A DNA stretch of 64,000 nucleotides, taken from a virus. The stretch lies in IMG/VR virus record IMGVR_UViG_3300045988_145476, one strand, 5' to 3'. A program made the position numbers and the translations under genes. The notes below the pieces were generated by a model. The model made no database searches. It saw only the letters and a program-made list of their open reading frames with translations, and was not told the origin of the DNA. Position 1 is the stretch's first letter, and each line of letters begins with the position of its first letter. Shown here piece by piece: positions 17,139 to 25,850 of the stretch.

Positions 17139-18341
17139 ATGGCTGAATTTTATTTCTTTAAGACGGTTGTTGAAAAAGGACGCAACCGTTTACGTCCGTT
17201 ATCCGGACAGAAGTTAGATGGTGTTGACGTAGATACAACACTTAGCGTACAATCTGATAAAGTAATCAGAGCTACTTATCCTATCGGAACTGTTTTCGGA
17301 AGTTCCTCTCTTGAACTCCGTTCCGGATTCTACGCTGCCGGAAATATTTATCCTCTTGGTTTAAAAGAGTACAAGGATGACACCCACCGTCCCCCCGAAA
17401 GTTTACAGCGTGCCTATGAGGTGTTCATCGGTGCTTCTACTATGGAGGGTGTTTTTAAAGAAAGTGGGGAAGACTTTGATGAACGGCCTGATTCACTTCT
17501 CGCAAAAATGCGGAAGAACAAACGTTTCCGTATCCCCTCTGTTGACGAGGACGGTTTCTATGTAGATTTGAACTGTTGGTATCTCCTGTTAAGGAACATG
17601 CTCAATCAGGTTAATACAATGCTAATCGGCCCTACTGGTACAGGTAAGACATCAATTATTCGGCTTGCATGTACGAAATTGGGTATCCCGTGCTCTATCT
17701 ATGATATGGGTTCCATGTATGACCCTATTGCAGGTATGCTCGGTGTTCACCGTTTACAAGAGGGTGGTGTGTCAGAGTTCGATTACGCAAAGTTTACGCA
17801 AGACGTTGCCCGTCCGGGTGTAGTCGTACTGGATGAATTGTCACGTGCCCCAGTTACCACAGCTAATATTCTGTTCCCTTGTCTTGACGACCGTAGGGAA
17901 CTTCCTGTTGAGATGGCAGGTGGTAAGGATATGCGAAGAATTAAGATTCATCCCGAATGTTGTTTTATCGCAACTGCGAATGTAGGAGCCGAATATACGG
18001 GAACCATGTCAATGGATAGAGCATTGGTCGGTCGTTTCTTCCCAGTGGAACTTGACTACATGCCTAAGGATAGTGAGATTTCCGTTTTAGTAAAACGTGG
18101 GGGTATCAGTTCAAGTGAAGCCACCCATATTGTAGGTGTCGCCAATACGGTACGCTCCTTATACCGGAAAGGTGAACTTGGCTGTTCTCTCTCTACTCGT
18201 GAGACTCTCATGGCCGCTGAATTGGTAGCGGATGGTTGGAACGCTCAACAAGCAATGGAAATGGTTTTCTTGCCTCTTTTCGAGGGAACTTATACTGAGG
18301 GTGAGCGTGGTATTGTACGCAAATCTCTTATGAGTAGATAA
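17139..18341 (+). CDS. MoxR/CobS-like AAA+ ATPase
   Basis: Walker A LIGPTGTGKTSIIRLA, Walker B VVVLDELSRAP, single AAA module. Confidence 0.85.
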   Translation: MAEFYFFKTVVEKGRNRLRPLSGQKLDGVDVDTTLSVQSDKVIRATYPIGTVFGSSSLELRSGFYAAGNIYPLGLKEYKDDTHRPPESLQRAYEVFIGASTMEGVFKESGEDFDERPDSLLAKMRKNKRFRIPSVDEDGFYVDLNCWYLLLRNMLNQVNTMLIGPTGTGKTSIIRLACTKLGIPCSIYDMGSMYDPIAGMLGVHRLQEGGVSEFDYAKFTQDVARPGVVVLDELSRAPVTTANILFPCLDDRRELPVEMAGGKDMRRIKIHPECCFIATANVGAEYTGTMSMDRALVGRFFPVELDYMPKDSEISVLVKRGGISSSEATHIVGVANTVRSLYRKGELGCSLSTRETLMAAELVADGWNAQQAMEMVFLPLFEGTYTEGERGIVRKSLMSR

Positions 18342-18343
18342 CT

Positions 18344-18550
18344 ATGTGCTATGACAGTAATCAATTTCCAAAGACAAAACCTAAAACAGGTAATTTGTAT
18401 TATAACGGTAAGCTCATAAAAGAGAATAAACCGTTCTCTATAATCGGAGCCGAAAAGAAAAGGTTGATTGCTTTAGGTTACAAGAAAGAACTATTTAAAA
18501 TTTCCTACTATTATGAAAGAAGAAATAACAATAACGGACGAAGTTATTGA
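18344..18550 (+). CDS. hypothetical small protein
   Basis: 68-aa ORF wedged between the MoxR-like and VWA genes. No motif recognised. Confidence 0.35.
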   Translation: MCYDSNQFPKTKPKTGNLYYNGKLIKENKPFSIIGAEKKRLIALGYKKELFKISYYYERRNNNNGRSY

Positions 18551-20369
18551 TAGCCTTATGGACGACTGGTTAGACCGTGACGGAGATACATACGTAAAGA
18601 AACGTACTTCTAAACGTCTTGGCTGGGAAAAATCTCTTGACGAGGATGCTTCTTATTCGTCTTATATACTGGAGTCCCCTACGCAGGAAGATTTGGTAAA
18701 ACGAGCTTATACTCTCGCAAGGGAAACTCTTTCCGTAATGGATATGCCGTTTAAAATTCACTTACGGGTACTTCCGGGTAATGATAGTTACACTGACGGA
18801 CGTAACGTATGTGTGTCTACAAAGGTGTTTGACGAGCCAGAATATTCGGTCGGTGAGAAACTTGACGTGTTTTTGGGTATTACCGTGCATGAAGGATGCC
18901 ATGTTCTTTATACCGATTTCAATGAGATTCGCCCTATCAAGATTCCTGCAATACATGAGATATTCAATATACTTGAAGATGAACGTATCGAACGTATTTG
19001 CGGGTTTAACTTTCCCGGACTTTCTAATTTCATAGAGAAAGTAAAATTCTATATCTTTGATAAATACTATCTGGACTATGTGGTACCGGAAAAAGAGAAA
19101 CGGGAACTTAACCCTTTCGAGCGCATCTTTAATTTGCTCCTTTATATTATCCGTTACCCGAAATATCTGGAAGAAAGTGAGGTTATTGAGTTCGCCCCGT
19201 ATCTTTTAAAGATAAAGGAAGTGGTGCTCCCCTATCCGGAAACTACTTCGCAATGTGTAAAGTGTGCCTATAAGGTTTTTGATATTATCAAAGAGTTTTA
19301 TAAGGATGAAATGCGTAAACATGAAGAAAGTAAGGGTAGTGGTGAGGGTGATTCTATGAGTGATGAAGAACTTGAAGAAGCCATTGGAGAAATTCTTAAA
19401 AAGGATGTTGAAAGAGATTCTCATAAACGTAAAATTGTCAGTGGCTCTCCGACATCCGCACCTGCTAAAGACGGTGGTGGCTTGGGAGATTCCGATGTTG
19501 CTTCGGTTATCAAAGATGATGAAGGAATAGTCGGTGAACTCTGTGAGGGACTTGCCGAAGTCGGTGACGGTAAAGATACTTTCTTTTTAAAAAGTGATTC
19601 AAACCAAGCGGTTTATATGGAGTCCCTTTCTCGTGTGAAAAGGTATATTCCCGCAATAAACAAAATATTGAAGGGACACTGTAAGGAATATAAACTCATT
19701 CATCGCTCTATGCGTAGCGGCGTTCTTGATACGAATAAACTCGCAGAAGCGTTTCAAGGAATACCTACTTGTTACATAAGAGAGGGAGAAGTCAGAACCG
19801 ATAAGGTTTCTGTGGTAGTACTTATTGATGAAAGCGGTTCAATGGGTGGTGATAGAATACAGTCTGCTCGTGATGCTGCTGTTCTTATAAACGAAGCGAT
19901 AGGAAATATTCCTAATGTGGAACTTTTCATATATGGACATTCCGGCGATGAAAAACGCTATTACTCTACGGAAATGTATGTGTATCGTGAAAAGAATTAC
20001 TCTCCCAAATACGCTCTTGGAGCCGTAAGAGCACGTTGCCAAAACAGAGATGGTGTTGCTATCTATGAAACAGCTCTTCGAGTTAGGGAGCAAACCAAGA
20101 ATCCTTGTCTGTTCTTCATTTTGTCAGACGGTGCTCCTTGTGCAGGTGACTATGGTGGGACTTCTGCTATGCACCATGTAAAAGAACAAGTGATAAAAAC
20201 GGAGAAAATGGGTTTCTATGTAATACAGGTATGTATCAATCATTGTTACGACCCAGCCTCTATGTTTAAGAATTACGTTATTCTGGAAGATATGAGTACG
20301 CTTGCATTGGAACTTGCAAAAGCTATTAAAAAGTCTACTATATCCGCAGCAAAAGTAAGCGTTACTTAA
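18513..20369 (+). CDS. VWA-domain protein with N-terminal HExxH metallopeptidase-like domain (MoxR partner)
   Basis: ITVHEGCHVLYTDF plus ILEDERIE (HExxH...E). C-terminal VWA MIDAS motif VVVLIDESGSMGG. Acidic linker. Confidence 0.75.
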   Translation: MKEEITITDEVIDSLMDDWLDRDGDTYVKKRTSKRLGWEKSLDEDASYSSYILESPTQEDLVKRAYTLARETLSVMDMPFKIHLRVLPGNDSYTDGRNVCVSTKVFDEPEYSVGEKLDVFLGITVHEGCHVLYTDFNEIRPIKIPAIHEIFNILEDERIERICGFNFPGLSNFIEKVKFYIFDKYYLDYVVPEKEKRELNPFERIFNLLLYIIRYPKYLEESEVIEFAPYLLKIKEVVLPYPETTSQCVKCAYKVFDIIKEFYKDEMRKHEESKGSGEGDSMSDEELEEAIGEILKKDVERDSHKRKIVSGSPTSAPAKDGGGLGDSDVASVIKDDEGIVGELCEGLAEVGDGKDTFFLKSDSNQAVYMESLSRVKRYIPAINKILKGHCKEYKLIHRSMRSGVLDTNKLAEAFQGIPTCYIREGEVRTDKVSVVVLIDESGSMGGDRIQSARDAAVLINEAIGNIPNVELFIYGHSGDEKRYYSTEMYVYREKNYSPKYALGAVRARCQNRDGVAIYETALRVREQTKNPCLFFILSDGAPCAGDYGGTSAMHHVKEQVIKTEKMGFYVIQVCINHCYDPASMFKNYVILEDMSTLALELAKAIKKSTISAAKVSVT

Positions 20370-20373
20370 ACCA

Positions 20374-20405
20374 TTTGGAATATTGAAAACATTATCTTAT
20401 ATTTG
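20374..20405 (+). promoter_or_regulatory. predicted Bacteroidota-type promoter
   Basis: CATTTGGAATA context. TTTG 20374-20377, 20-nt spacer, TATATTTG 20398-20405. Confidence 0.55.
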
Positions 20406-20438
20406 AACTGCTGACAGCCTCCACTTATAGCAGTTCGT

Positions 20439-20475
20439 GGGGGGGGGTGTGGTTAAGTGGGATTCTCCCCCCCCC
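20439..20475 (+). promoter_or_regulatory. G9-N19-C9 homopolymer hairpin in a 5' leader (attenuator/terminator-like)
   Basis: Nine G (20439-20447) and nine C (20467-20475) separated by 19 nt, followed by TTTATACTTTT. Lies between the promoter (-7 at 20398-20405) and ATG 20518. Confidence 0.5.
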
Positions 20476-20517
20476 TTTATACTTTTAATAGAATTACTTA
20501 CTAAAAATTTTAGTGAC

Positions 20518-20790
20518 ATGGAAACAAAAAAGTGTACACATTGCGGTAGGGTATTACCTACATCTAATTTTCACAAGTCAAGTTATACGAAAGACGGTTT
20601 ATATCCTACTTGTAAGGATTGCCGTAAGGAACAACAAAAAAAATCACGTCTTAAACGTAGCGCTTCCCCTCAGCTTAATCCGGCACTTGCCGATTTTACC
20701 CCGCAGGAGTTAATCGAACAGTTACGGGCATTAGGTTATAAGGGGAGTCTTGAATACGTTGAGACTAAAACTCATTTAATTAAACTATGA
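20518..20790 (+). CDS. zinc-ribbon protein (hypothetical)
   Basis: METKKCTHCGRVLPTSNFHKSSYTKDGLYPTCKDCRKEQQ (CxxC...CxxC). ATG 20518 preferred over the track GTG start, which would translate the G9/C9 hairpin. Confidence 0.5.
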   Translation: METKKCTHCGRVLPTSNFHKSSYTKDGLYPTCKDCRKEQQKKSRLKRSASPQLNPALADFTPQELIEQLRALGYKGSLEYVETKTHLIKL

Positions 20791-21650
20791 CCCGTACAAG
20801 AAAAATCGGAAAATTGTTAAGGGGGATTTCTGAAAAGGAGTCCCCTAAAAAAGTATCAATCGTACAAGCTCTTGATGATGCGTGTGCAAGTGGATTTACA
20901 GAGAGTGAACGTTTTTCTGTTCGTAATATCAGGTCTTCGTTAAAGGTAATGCAGTCTTTGCTGGACGCAGAGGATTTTAATAGAGATGCTTTCTTTTTGA
21001 AGTTCTTCCAGTTCTATACCTCTGTTATGGCTCCCGATGGACGTGCGAAAGGAGTGTTTCATCCGTCACAATTGTTGGATGGTTGTGTCCGGAAAATGTG
21101 CTTCGAGTTAAACGATGTGGAACCAGTGGATGAATTTTCTCGTGGAATATCCGGCGCATTGCAACGGACGTTCGATGTAGGAACATGGTATCACCTATAT
21201 ACACAGGCTCTCCTTTACCGATTAGGACTTCTTGAACAGGCGGAAGTCCCAGTAGTGAACAAAGAAAAACGTTTGAACGGTAAGGCGGACGGTAAATTCC
21301 ACAAGGAAGTTTTCGGTGAGAATGTTATTCTTGAAATAAAAACCATGAATAATTGGAACTACTCTAAAGCGGTATTCCGTCCTTTTAAGAAGCACGAGTT
21401 TCAAGCCTCATTGTATGCTCGTGAACTCGGAGCTACCAAAGTTCTGTATTTGTATATAAATAAGGATACTTCCGAAATGAAAGAGTTCCTTATGCCTCTT
21501 AATGAAGAACAGCTTGCTATTGCCGATAAGAAAATGGACACAGCCCTTACGCATGTTTCCGATGGAACTCTACCACCAAGAAGATGTCTTGATAAGCTGT
21601 GTGATGATGCTTTACAATGTCCGTTTGCTTCTTTATGCTTTAAAGATTAG
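20787..21650 (+). CDS. Cas4/RecB-like PD-(D/E)xK exonuclease with Cys cluster
   Basis: GKADGKF...VILEIKTMN nuclease core. N-terminal GCVRKMC plus C-terminal CLDKLCDDALQCPFASLC, as in Cas4-type Fe-S nucleases. Confidence 0.7.
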   Translation: MTRTRKIGKLLRGISEKESPKKVSIVQALDDACASGFTESERFSVRNIRSSLKVMQSLLDAEDFNRDAFFLKFFQFYTSVMAPDGRAKGVFHPSQLLDGCVRKMCFELNDVEPVDEFSRGISGALQRTFDVGTWYHLYTQALLYRLGLLEQAEVPVVNKEKRLNGKADGKFHKEVFGENVILEIKTMNNWNYSKAVFRPFKKHEFQASLYARELGATKVLYLYINKDTSEMKEFLMPLNEEQLAIADKKMDTALTHVSDGTLPPRRCLDKLCDDALQCPFASLCFKD

Positions 21651-21653
21651 CTT

Positions 21654-22100
21654 ATGCCAGTAAGAAAAATTGCCGTTAAAGACCCTCTCTCTAAATTCAG
21701 AGAAGTCTTTTCAGAAATAAATGCTCCCAAAGGCGGACTTCCTACGATGCCGACCACTGTTGCAGAACTCGCTTCTGAAAAGCTGGGAGATATGATTGCA
21801 CGTTATACCGCATGGAGAGAATTTACCGAAGACCGTCACATGGAAGCGTGTGCGGTGTACGCACAATGTAAATCAGAATATGATTTGGCTTGTGATAAAG
21901 CGGTTCTTACTTCTTCTGCCGCCACTGTTACCGAACGAAAAGCGGATGCCAAGACATCTGAAAAAGTAGTTTCCCTCTATAAGGACTTACAGGAAGCCGA
22001 GATTTACCGTGACCTGCTTGCGGGAAAATTGGAATCTTTCAGTAACGTATTAGCTATGCTTAGTCGTGAACTTACCCGTAGAGGCGTGCAGAATATGTAA
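21654..22100 (+). CDS. hypothetical protein
   Basis: 148-aa ORF. No motif recognised. Confidence 0.5.
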   Translation: MPVRKIAVKDPLSKFREVFSEINAPKGGLPTMPTTVAELASEKLGDMIARYTAWREFTEDRHMEACAVYAQCKSEYDLACDKAVLTSSAATVTERKADAKTSEKVVSLYKDLQEAEIYRDLLAGKLESFSNVLAMLSRELTRRGVQNM

Positions 22101-22101
22101 T

Positions 22102-22314
22102 ATGGGAAACCCGATTGATTATCCAGTAGGGTCTATTATAAAACACAGTTATACTCATAGGACGTATCAAGTTATAGAGCATACCTCTAAAGGACTCTCT
22201 AAAATGCTTGAGCTGACCTATGGGTATATTGAGATTTGGAACTCTTATAATAACCCAGTATTTTTGCCTTATTTAATAGAACCTCAAATTCTTATCCTTT
22301 ATGGCACCTCTTGA
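22102..22314 (+). CDS. hypothetical protein
   Basis: ATG 22102 immediately after the previous stop, within track ORF 22066..22314. Confidence 0.4.
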   Translation: MGNPIDYPVGSIIKHSYTHRTYQVIEHTSKGLSKMLELTYGYIEIWNSYNNPVFLPYLIEPQILILYGTS

Positions 22315-22531
22315 TTTAGAACGTACGGCTACTGCTGAGATAAGGAAAGAAAGTCTTACCCTTGCAGTGCAGCTATTATCCGCCCATAATTATGTAGCCT
22401 CTCCTGTATGCTGTTCAGACAGCGTTAAACCCGAAACCGAAGAAACCGATAGAATTTCTAATTTGCGGGATGATGTGTTATCTTTGGCCCAGAGTTTTGA
22501 ATGTTACATCTGTAAAGGTACTACAATATAA
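22301..22531 (+). CDS. hypothetical protein
   Basis: 76-aa ORF. No motif recognised. Confidence 0.4.
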   Translation: MAPLDLERTATAEIRKESLTLAVQLLSAHNYVASPVCCSDSVKPETEETDRISNLRDDVLSLAQSFECYICKGTTI

Positions 22532-23535
22532 TGGCACGAATAATGAAAAGGAAGCGTATCCCGAAGACATTGATACGCAGTAATAATGTAGTCGTTAAGA
22601 ACCCTACAAGTAAGAGCTGCTGGAAAACTATCAGCGGATATGAGGGTTATTATGAAGTTTCTGATAAAGGAGTTGTACGTGCGATAACACGTGATGTTCC
22701 ATATAAAAATGGAAAAATACACTCTTTGAAAGGACGAGTTATAAAACCTTCAAAAGATAAAGATGGCTATTTGCTTGTGCATCTTTATAAAAATGGAAAA
22801 ACTACGACTTTTAAAGTTCATAGGTTGGTTGCTCAAGAGTTCATTCCAAACCCAGAAAAATTTCCCGATGTAAATCACAGAAATGAAGTGAAAGATGATA
22901 ATCGGGTAGAAAATCTGGAATGGTGTACAAGAGAGTATAATGTAAATTACGGTGATAGAAATAAGAAAGCAGGAGAGCTACTTACTAAGTTTTTATATCA
23001 AAGATTTACCATTGATGGTAAATATATAGATACTTTAAAGTACCAAGAAATTCTTGATGAAGGTTTTGATTATGGTTTTGTTGTTAAAGCTGCCACAGGT
23101 GAATATAAGACAGCTTATGGTTTAATCTGGAAAAGGATTCTCGTAGAAGATTACAAAAAAGGAGTTACTCCTATTCTACGAAGAAATGGAGTAGTGGTTA
23201 ACAAACCTACTTCTAAAGTTTCTTGGAAAAGTTTCGAGCGTTTGGTCGCCAATTTCTTCCATACCAAGAGAGTTCCTCTTTCCGGAAGTAATAGTGGTCA
23301 TAACACAAACAGCGATTCCTTACATCCTAAATTATACATAGAATGTAAGGTGCGTAATAAGTTTTCCTTATGGCAGTTATTTCTTGACACTGAACAAAAA
23401 GCCAAAGTGGAGAAAAAGTTACCCGTAGTCGCTATCAAACAGAAAGGTGAAAAAGGTTATCTTCTTGTGATACGACCGGAAGACCTCGAAAAAATTGCAG
23501 AAATAAGAGCCGAAGTTTTTGAAGTTGAGGAATAA
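22531..23535 (+). CDS. HNH homing endonuclease (NUMOD4 + HNH) fused in frame to a PD-(D/E)xK-like nuclease domain
   Basis: SGYEGYYEVSDKGVVRA (NUMOD4). VNHRNEVKDDNRVENLEWCTREYN (HNH_3). C-terminal ~115 aa (SGSNSGHNTNSD...YIECKVR) is paralogous to 16509..16865. Confidence 0.75.
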   Translation: MARIMKRKRIPKTLIRSNNVVVKNPTSKSCWKTISGYEGYYEVSDKGVVRAITRDVPYKNGKIHSLKGRVIKPSKDKDGYLLVHLYKNGKTTTFKVHRLVAQEFIPNPEKFPDVNHRNEVKDDNRVENLEWCTREYNVNYGDRNKKAGELLTKFLYQRFTIDGKYIDTLKYQEILDEGFDYGFVVKAATGEYKTAYGLIWKRILVEDYKKGVTPILRRNGVVVNKPTSKVSWKSFERLVANFFHTKRVPLSGSNSGHNTNSDSLHPKLYIECKVRNKFSLWQLFLDTEQKAKVEKKLPVVAIKQKGEKGYLLVIRPEDLEKIAEIRAEVFEVEE

Positions 23536-23594
23536 CTTATATCTTTGTGGAGTTCAAAGATACCTGCCGTTGAGTTACAAATATCGTAGTAATT

Positions 23595-23879
23595 ATGGAA
23601 GCAATTAATGGAGACAAACAAGTTCTGAGGTGTAAGTCCTCAACGGATGCTAACAAACTTGCCGGAAGCATCCATTCAACTTACCAGAGTAACCCAACAA
23701 AAGACCTCTTTCTTCGTGTGATTGGTGCAGGTGCATTAAACCAAGCTACTAAGGCGGTAATTATCAGTAATAAGTTCTTTGCGAAAAAAGGTATCGTACT
23801 GGCAATGCAACCGTCTTTCCAAGACACCGAGGATAAGACTACTGTAATTGAACTAAAGGTTTTGTTTATTCGGAATTAA
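23595..23879 (+). CDS. SpoVS-like protein
   Basis: LRCKSSTDANKLAGSIHS...FLRVIGAGALNQATKAVIISNKFFAKKGIVL...TVIELKV closely parallels the SpoVS signature (IGAGALNQAVKAIAIAR). Confidence 0.8.
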   Translation: MEAINGDKQVLRCKSSTDANKLAGSIHSTYQSNPTKDLFLRVIGAGALNQATKAVIISNKFFAKKGIVLAMQPSFQDTEDKTTVIELKVLFIRN

Positions 23880-23992
23880 TTTTCCGCTTTTTATTTTGAA
23901 TAATAGAAACTTTTAGTATTTTTGCAATGCGGTTTTTACAGCTAATCGCTTTATAAAAGAATACTTGCTGAAATCTTTTAATAACTAACGTT

Positions 23993-24103
23993 ATGGCAAA
24001 AAGAGGTGCAAAAACAACGAGAGCTGCTGCTCGTAAGACTGCTGCCGGTAGAGGTGGCCGTGGTGGTAGAAAAGCTGCTGCTAAGGGTTCAACTTCTGCA
24101 TAA
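23993..24103 (+). CDS. 36-aa highly basic Arg/Gly/Ala/Lys-rich micro-protein
   Basis: MAKRGAKTTRAAARKTAAGRGGRGGRKAAAKGSTSA*. Below the ORF-track cut-off. Preceded by TTTG(23895)-N18-TATTTTTG(23917-23924) and followed by a strong terminator. Confidence 0.5.
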   Translation: MAKRGAKTTRAAARKTAAGRGGRGGRKAAAKGSTSA

Positions 24104-24122
24104 GCTGAGTGGCAACCGCAAT

Positions 24123-24153
24123 AAAACCCCCGCAATATCTTGTGGGGGTTTTT
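24123..24153 (+). terminator. rho-independent terminator
   Basis: AAAACCCCCGCA / TGTGGGGGTTTT 12-bp stem (one G-U), 6-nt loop, T-run 24149-24153. Confidence 0.75.
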
Positions 24154-24174
24154 AATTCATAAACGTTTAAAACT

Positions 24175-24903
24175 ATGGAAAAGAAAGTATTACTATTCTC
24201 CGGCGGTTTGGATTCTATGTTACATGAATGGCTTATAAAGCCTGACGTACTTTTGTACGTAGACATGAAAACGTCCTATTCCGAACGGGAAATCGAGGCA
24301 CTTAATCGGCTACCCTCTTATTACAAAGAGAGGATTGTTATCAAACAACTTCCATTGGGAGAGTATGAACGGGAAAACAAATATCTCCCCTATCGTAATC
24401 TTATACTCGGAGCTATCGCCATGCAGTACGGACAGTATGTATATTTTGGGTTCAACAATCACGATAATGCGCCCGATAAGGATGATACGTTCCTGCGCAG
24501 AACAAATAAACTGTTCGACCATTTAAATATAAACTGCATGGCCGATATGAATTGGGATAAACCGTCTTACGGATTTTTCGCCCCGTTCAAAGATTATTCT
24601 AAAACCGATTTGATGCGGAAATGTCTTGCTAAAGAAATGCCCGTTGAGTGGATACAGAATATTCGCTCATGCTATGACGGGGTTTCCCAAAAGGGATGCG
24701 GTGTATGTAACGTATGTTTCAATAAGGCGGTCGCCCTGCTTAATAACGGAATATACGAGGACTCTCTTTTTGATACTCCTATTACTGACGAGACATTCCG
24801 TATTAAGTTGAACGATATAAAAGACGATACAGATGCGCACACACAGAAGTACATCAGAGAAGTTCATTCGGCGAGAAGAGCATTACAACAAATTCACCAA
24901 TAA
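24175..24903 (+). CDS. queC: 7-cyano-7-deazaguanine (preQ0) synthase QueC
   Basis: PP-loop LLFSGGLDSM. C-terminal zinc cluster SCYDGVSQKGCGVCNVCFNKA. Confidence 0.85.
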   Translation: MEKKVLLFSGGLDSMLHEWLIKPDVLLYVDMKTSYSEREIEALNRLPSYYKERIVIKQLPLGEYERENKYLPYRNLILGAIAMQYGQYVYFGFNNHDNAPDKDDTFLRRTNKLFDHLNINCMADMNWDKPSYGFFAPFKDYSKTDLMRKCLAKEMPVEWIQNIRSCYDGVSQKGCGVCNVCFNKAVALLNNGIYEDSLFDTPITDETFRIKLNDIKDDTDAHTQKYIREVHSARRALQQIHQ

Positions 24904-25801
24904 AGGGCTTTTATATTTTTCCGCCTCTTCAACGGGTGACTTCCAGCAACTCTATGATTTCGGTATCAGAGAAATGCTTGTATCATTCTTTTATATAAAG
25001 AAAAACCCCTCTTACTATGATAAGATGCTCCCTCTCCTTAAAAAGGAAGGGGGTATCTTTATGACAGACTCCGGAGCCTTCTCCTTTATGGCTAAGTTCC
25101 GTGAAGACTCTCCCGAATACAAGGATTCCGTATATGAAAAATTCTGGATACCCTATCTTGAAGAATATGTAGCGTGGATACGTGCCCATAAGGACTATAT
25201 ATTTTCCGCTGCCAATCTTGACTTGGATACTATTGTCGGTAGGGATGTGGTTGATAAGTGGAATAAGGAATATTTTGAACCCCTTGAACGTGAGGGCATC
25301 CAGATTGTGTATGTTGCACACTGGGATGAAGATATTGATAAGACCGGTTTACGCAGACTTGAGGAGTACTTGCAAAAATACCGATATGTAGGTATCAATC
25401 AAAATCATAAACAGTGGGCATCCCGTATCTACCAACTGGTGAAAAAGTACCGGCGTAGAATACATGGTTTCGCTTGGACGGAGTTTGATTTGCTAAAGCA
25501 TTACCCGTTTTTTTCTGTGGATTCCGTTACATGGTTGGGTGGTGTTCGATTCGGTACAACGTATAATTATGACGGAAAGAATTTCAGCACTATTGACTAC
25601 AAGCATAAATACCGGAGAAAGGCCAATCGTCTTAAATATGAAAGTAGGGGAATTGACTATGAGGGAATAAAAAGTGAGAAACGTGTCCCTATTAATCAAA
25701 TGAACCTAATCGGTTGGTTAGGGTTTAGAAAAGAATACCTGCGTATGGCAAATTTAAAACTTCACACCAGAGTAGTAGGTGATTATGAGAGAAAGTTGTA
25801 G
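24833..25801 (+). CDS. dpdA: DpdA-like (TGT-family) DNA guanine transglycosylase
   Basis: MTDSGAFSF resembles the TGT catalytic TDSGGFQ. Located between queC and queE. Start uncertain (ATG 24833 overlaps queC by 71 nt; ATG 24974 is an alternative). Confidence 0.6.
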   Translation: MRTHRSTSEKFIRREEHYNKFTNKGLLYFSASSTGDFQQLYDFGIREMLVSFFYIKKNPSYYDKMLPLLKKEGGIFMTDSGAFSFMAKFREDSPEYKDSVYEKFWIPYLEEYVAWIRAHKDYIFSAANLDLDTIVGRDVVDKWNKEYFEPLEREGIQIVYVAHWDEDIDKTGLRRLEEYLQKYRYVGINQNHKQWASRIYQLVKKYRRRIHGFAWTEFDLLKHYPFFSVDSVTWLGGVRFGTTYNYDGKNFSTIDYKHKYRRKANRLKYESRGIDYEGIKSEKRVPINQMNLIGWLGFRKEYLRMANLKLHTRVVGDYERKL

Positions 25802-25826
25802 ATTTGCTTTCATTTTAGTATATTTG
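25795..25826 (+). promoter_or_regulatory. possible promoter
   Basis: TATATTTG 25819-25826 with an imperfect -33 (GTTG 25795-25798 at 20-nt spacing). Confidence 0.35.
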
Positions 25827-25850
25827 AATAATCATTGAAACGTAAACCGC

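Noticed and set aside
23866-24135. 89-aa minus-strand ORF between the SpoVS-like gene and queC.
   Set aside because: It spans a + strand promoter-like element, the 36-aa basic micro-ORF and a strong + strand terminator. Its Ala/Pro-rich translation is the complement of the Arg/Gly/Ala codons. The + strand micro-gene explains the locus better.
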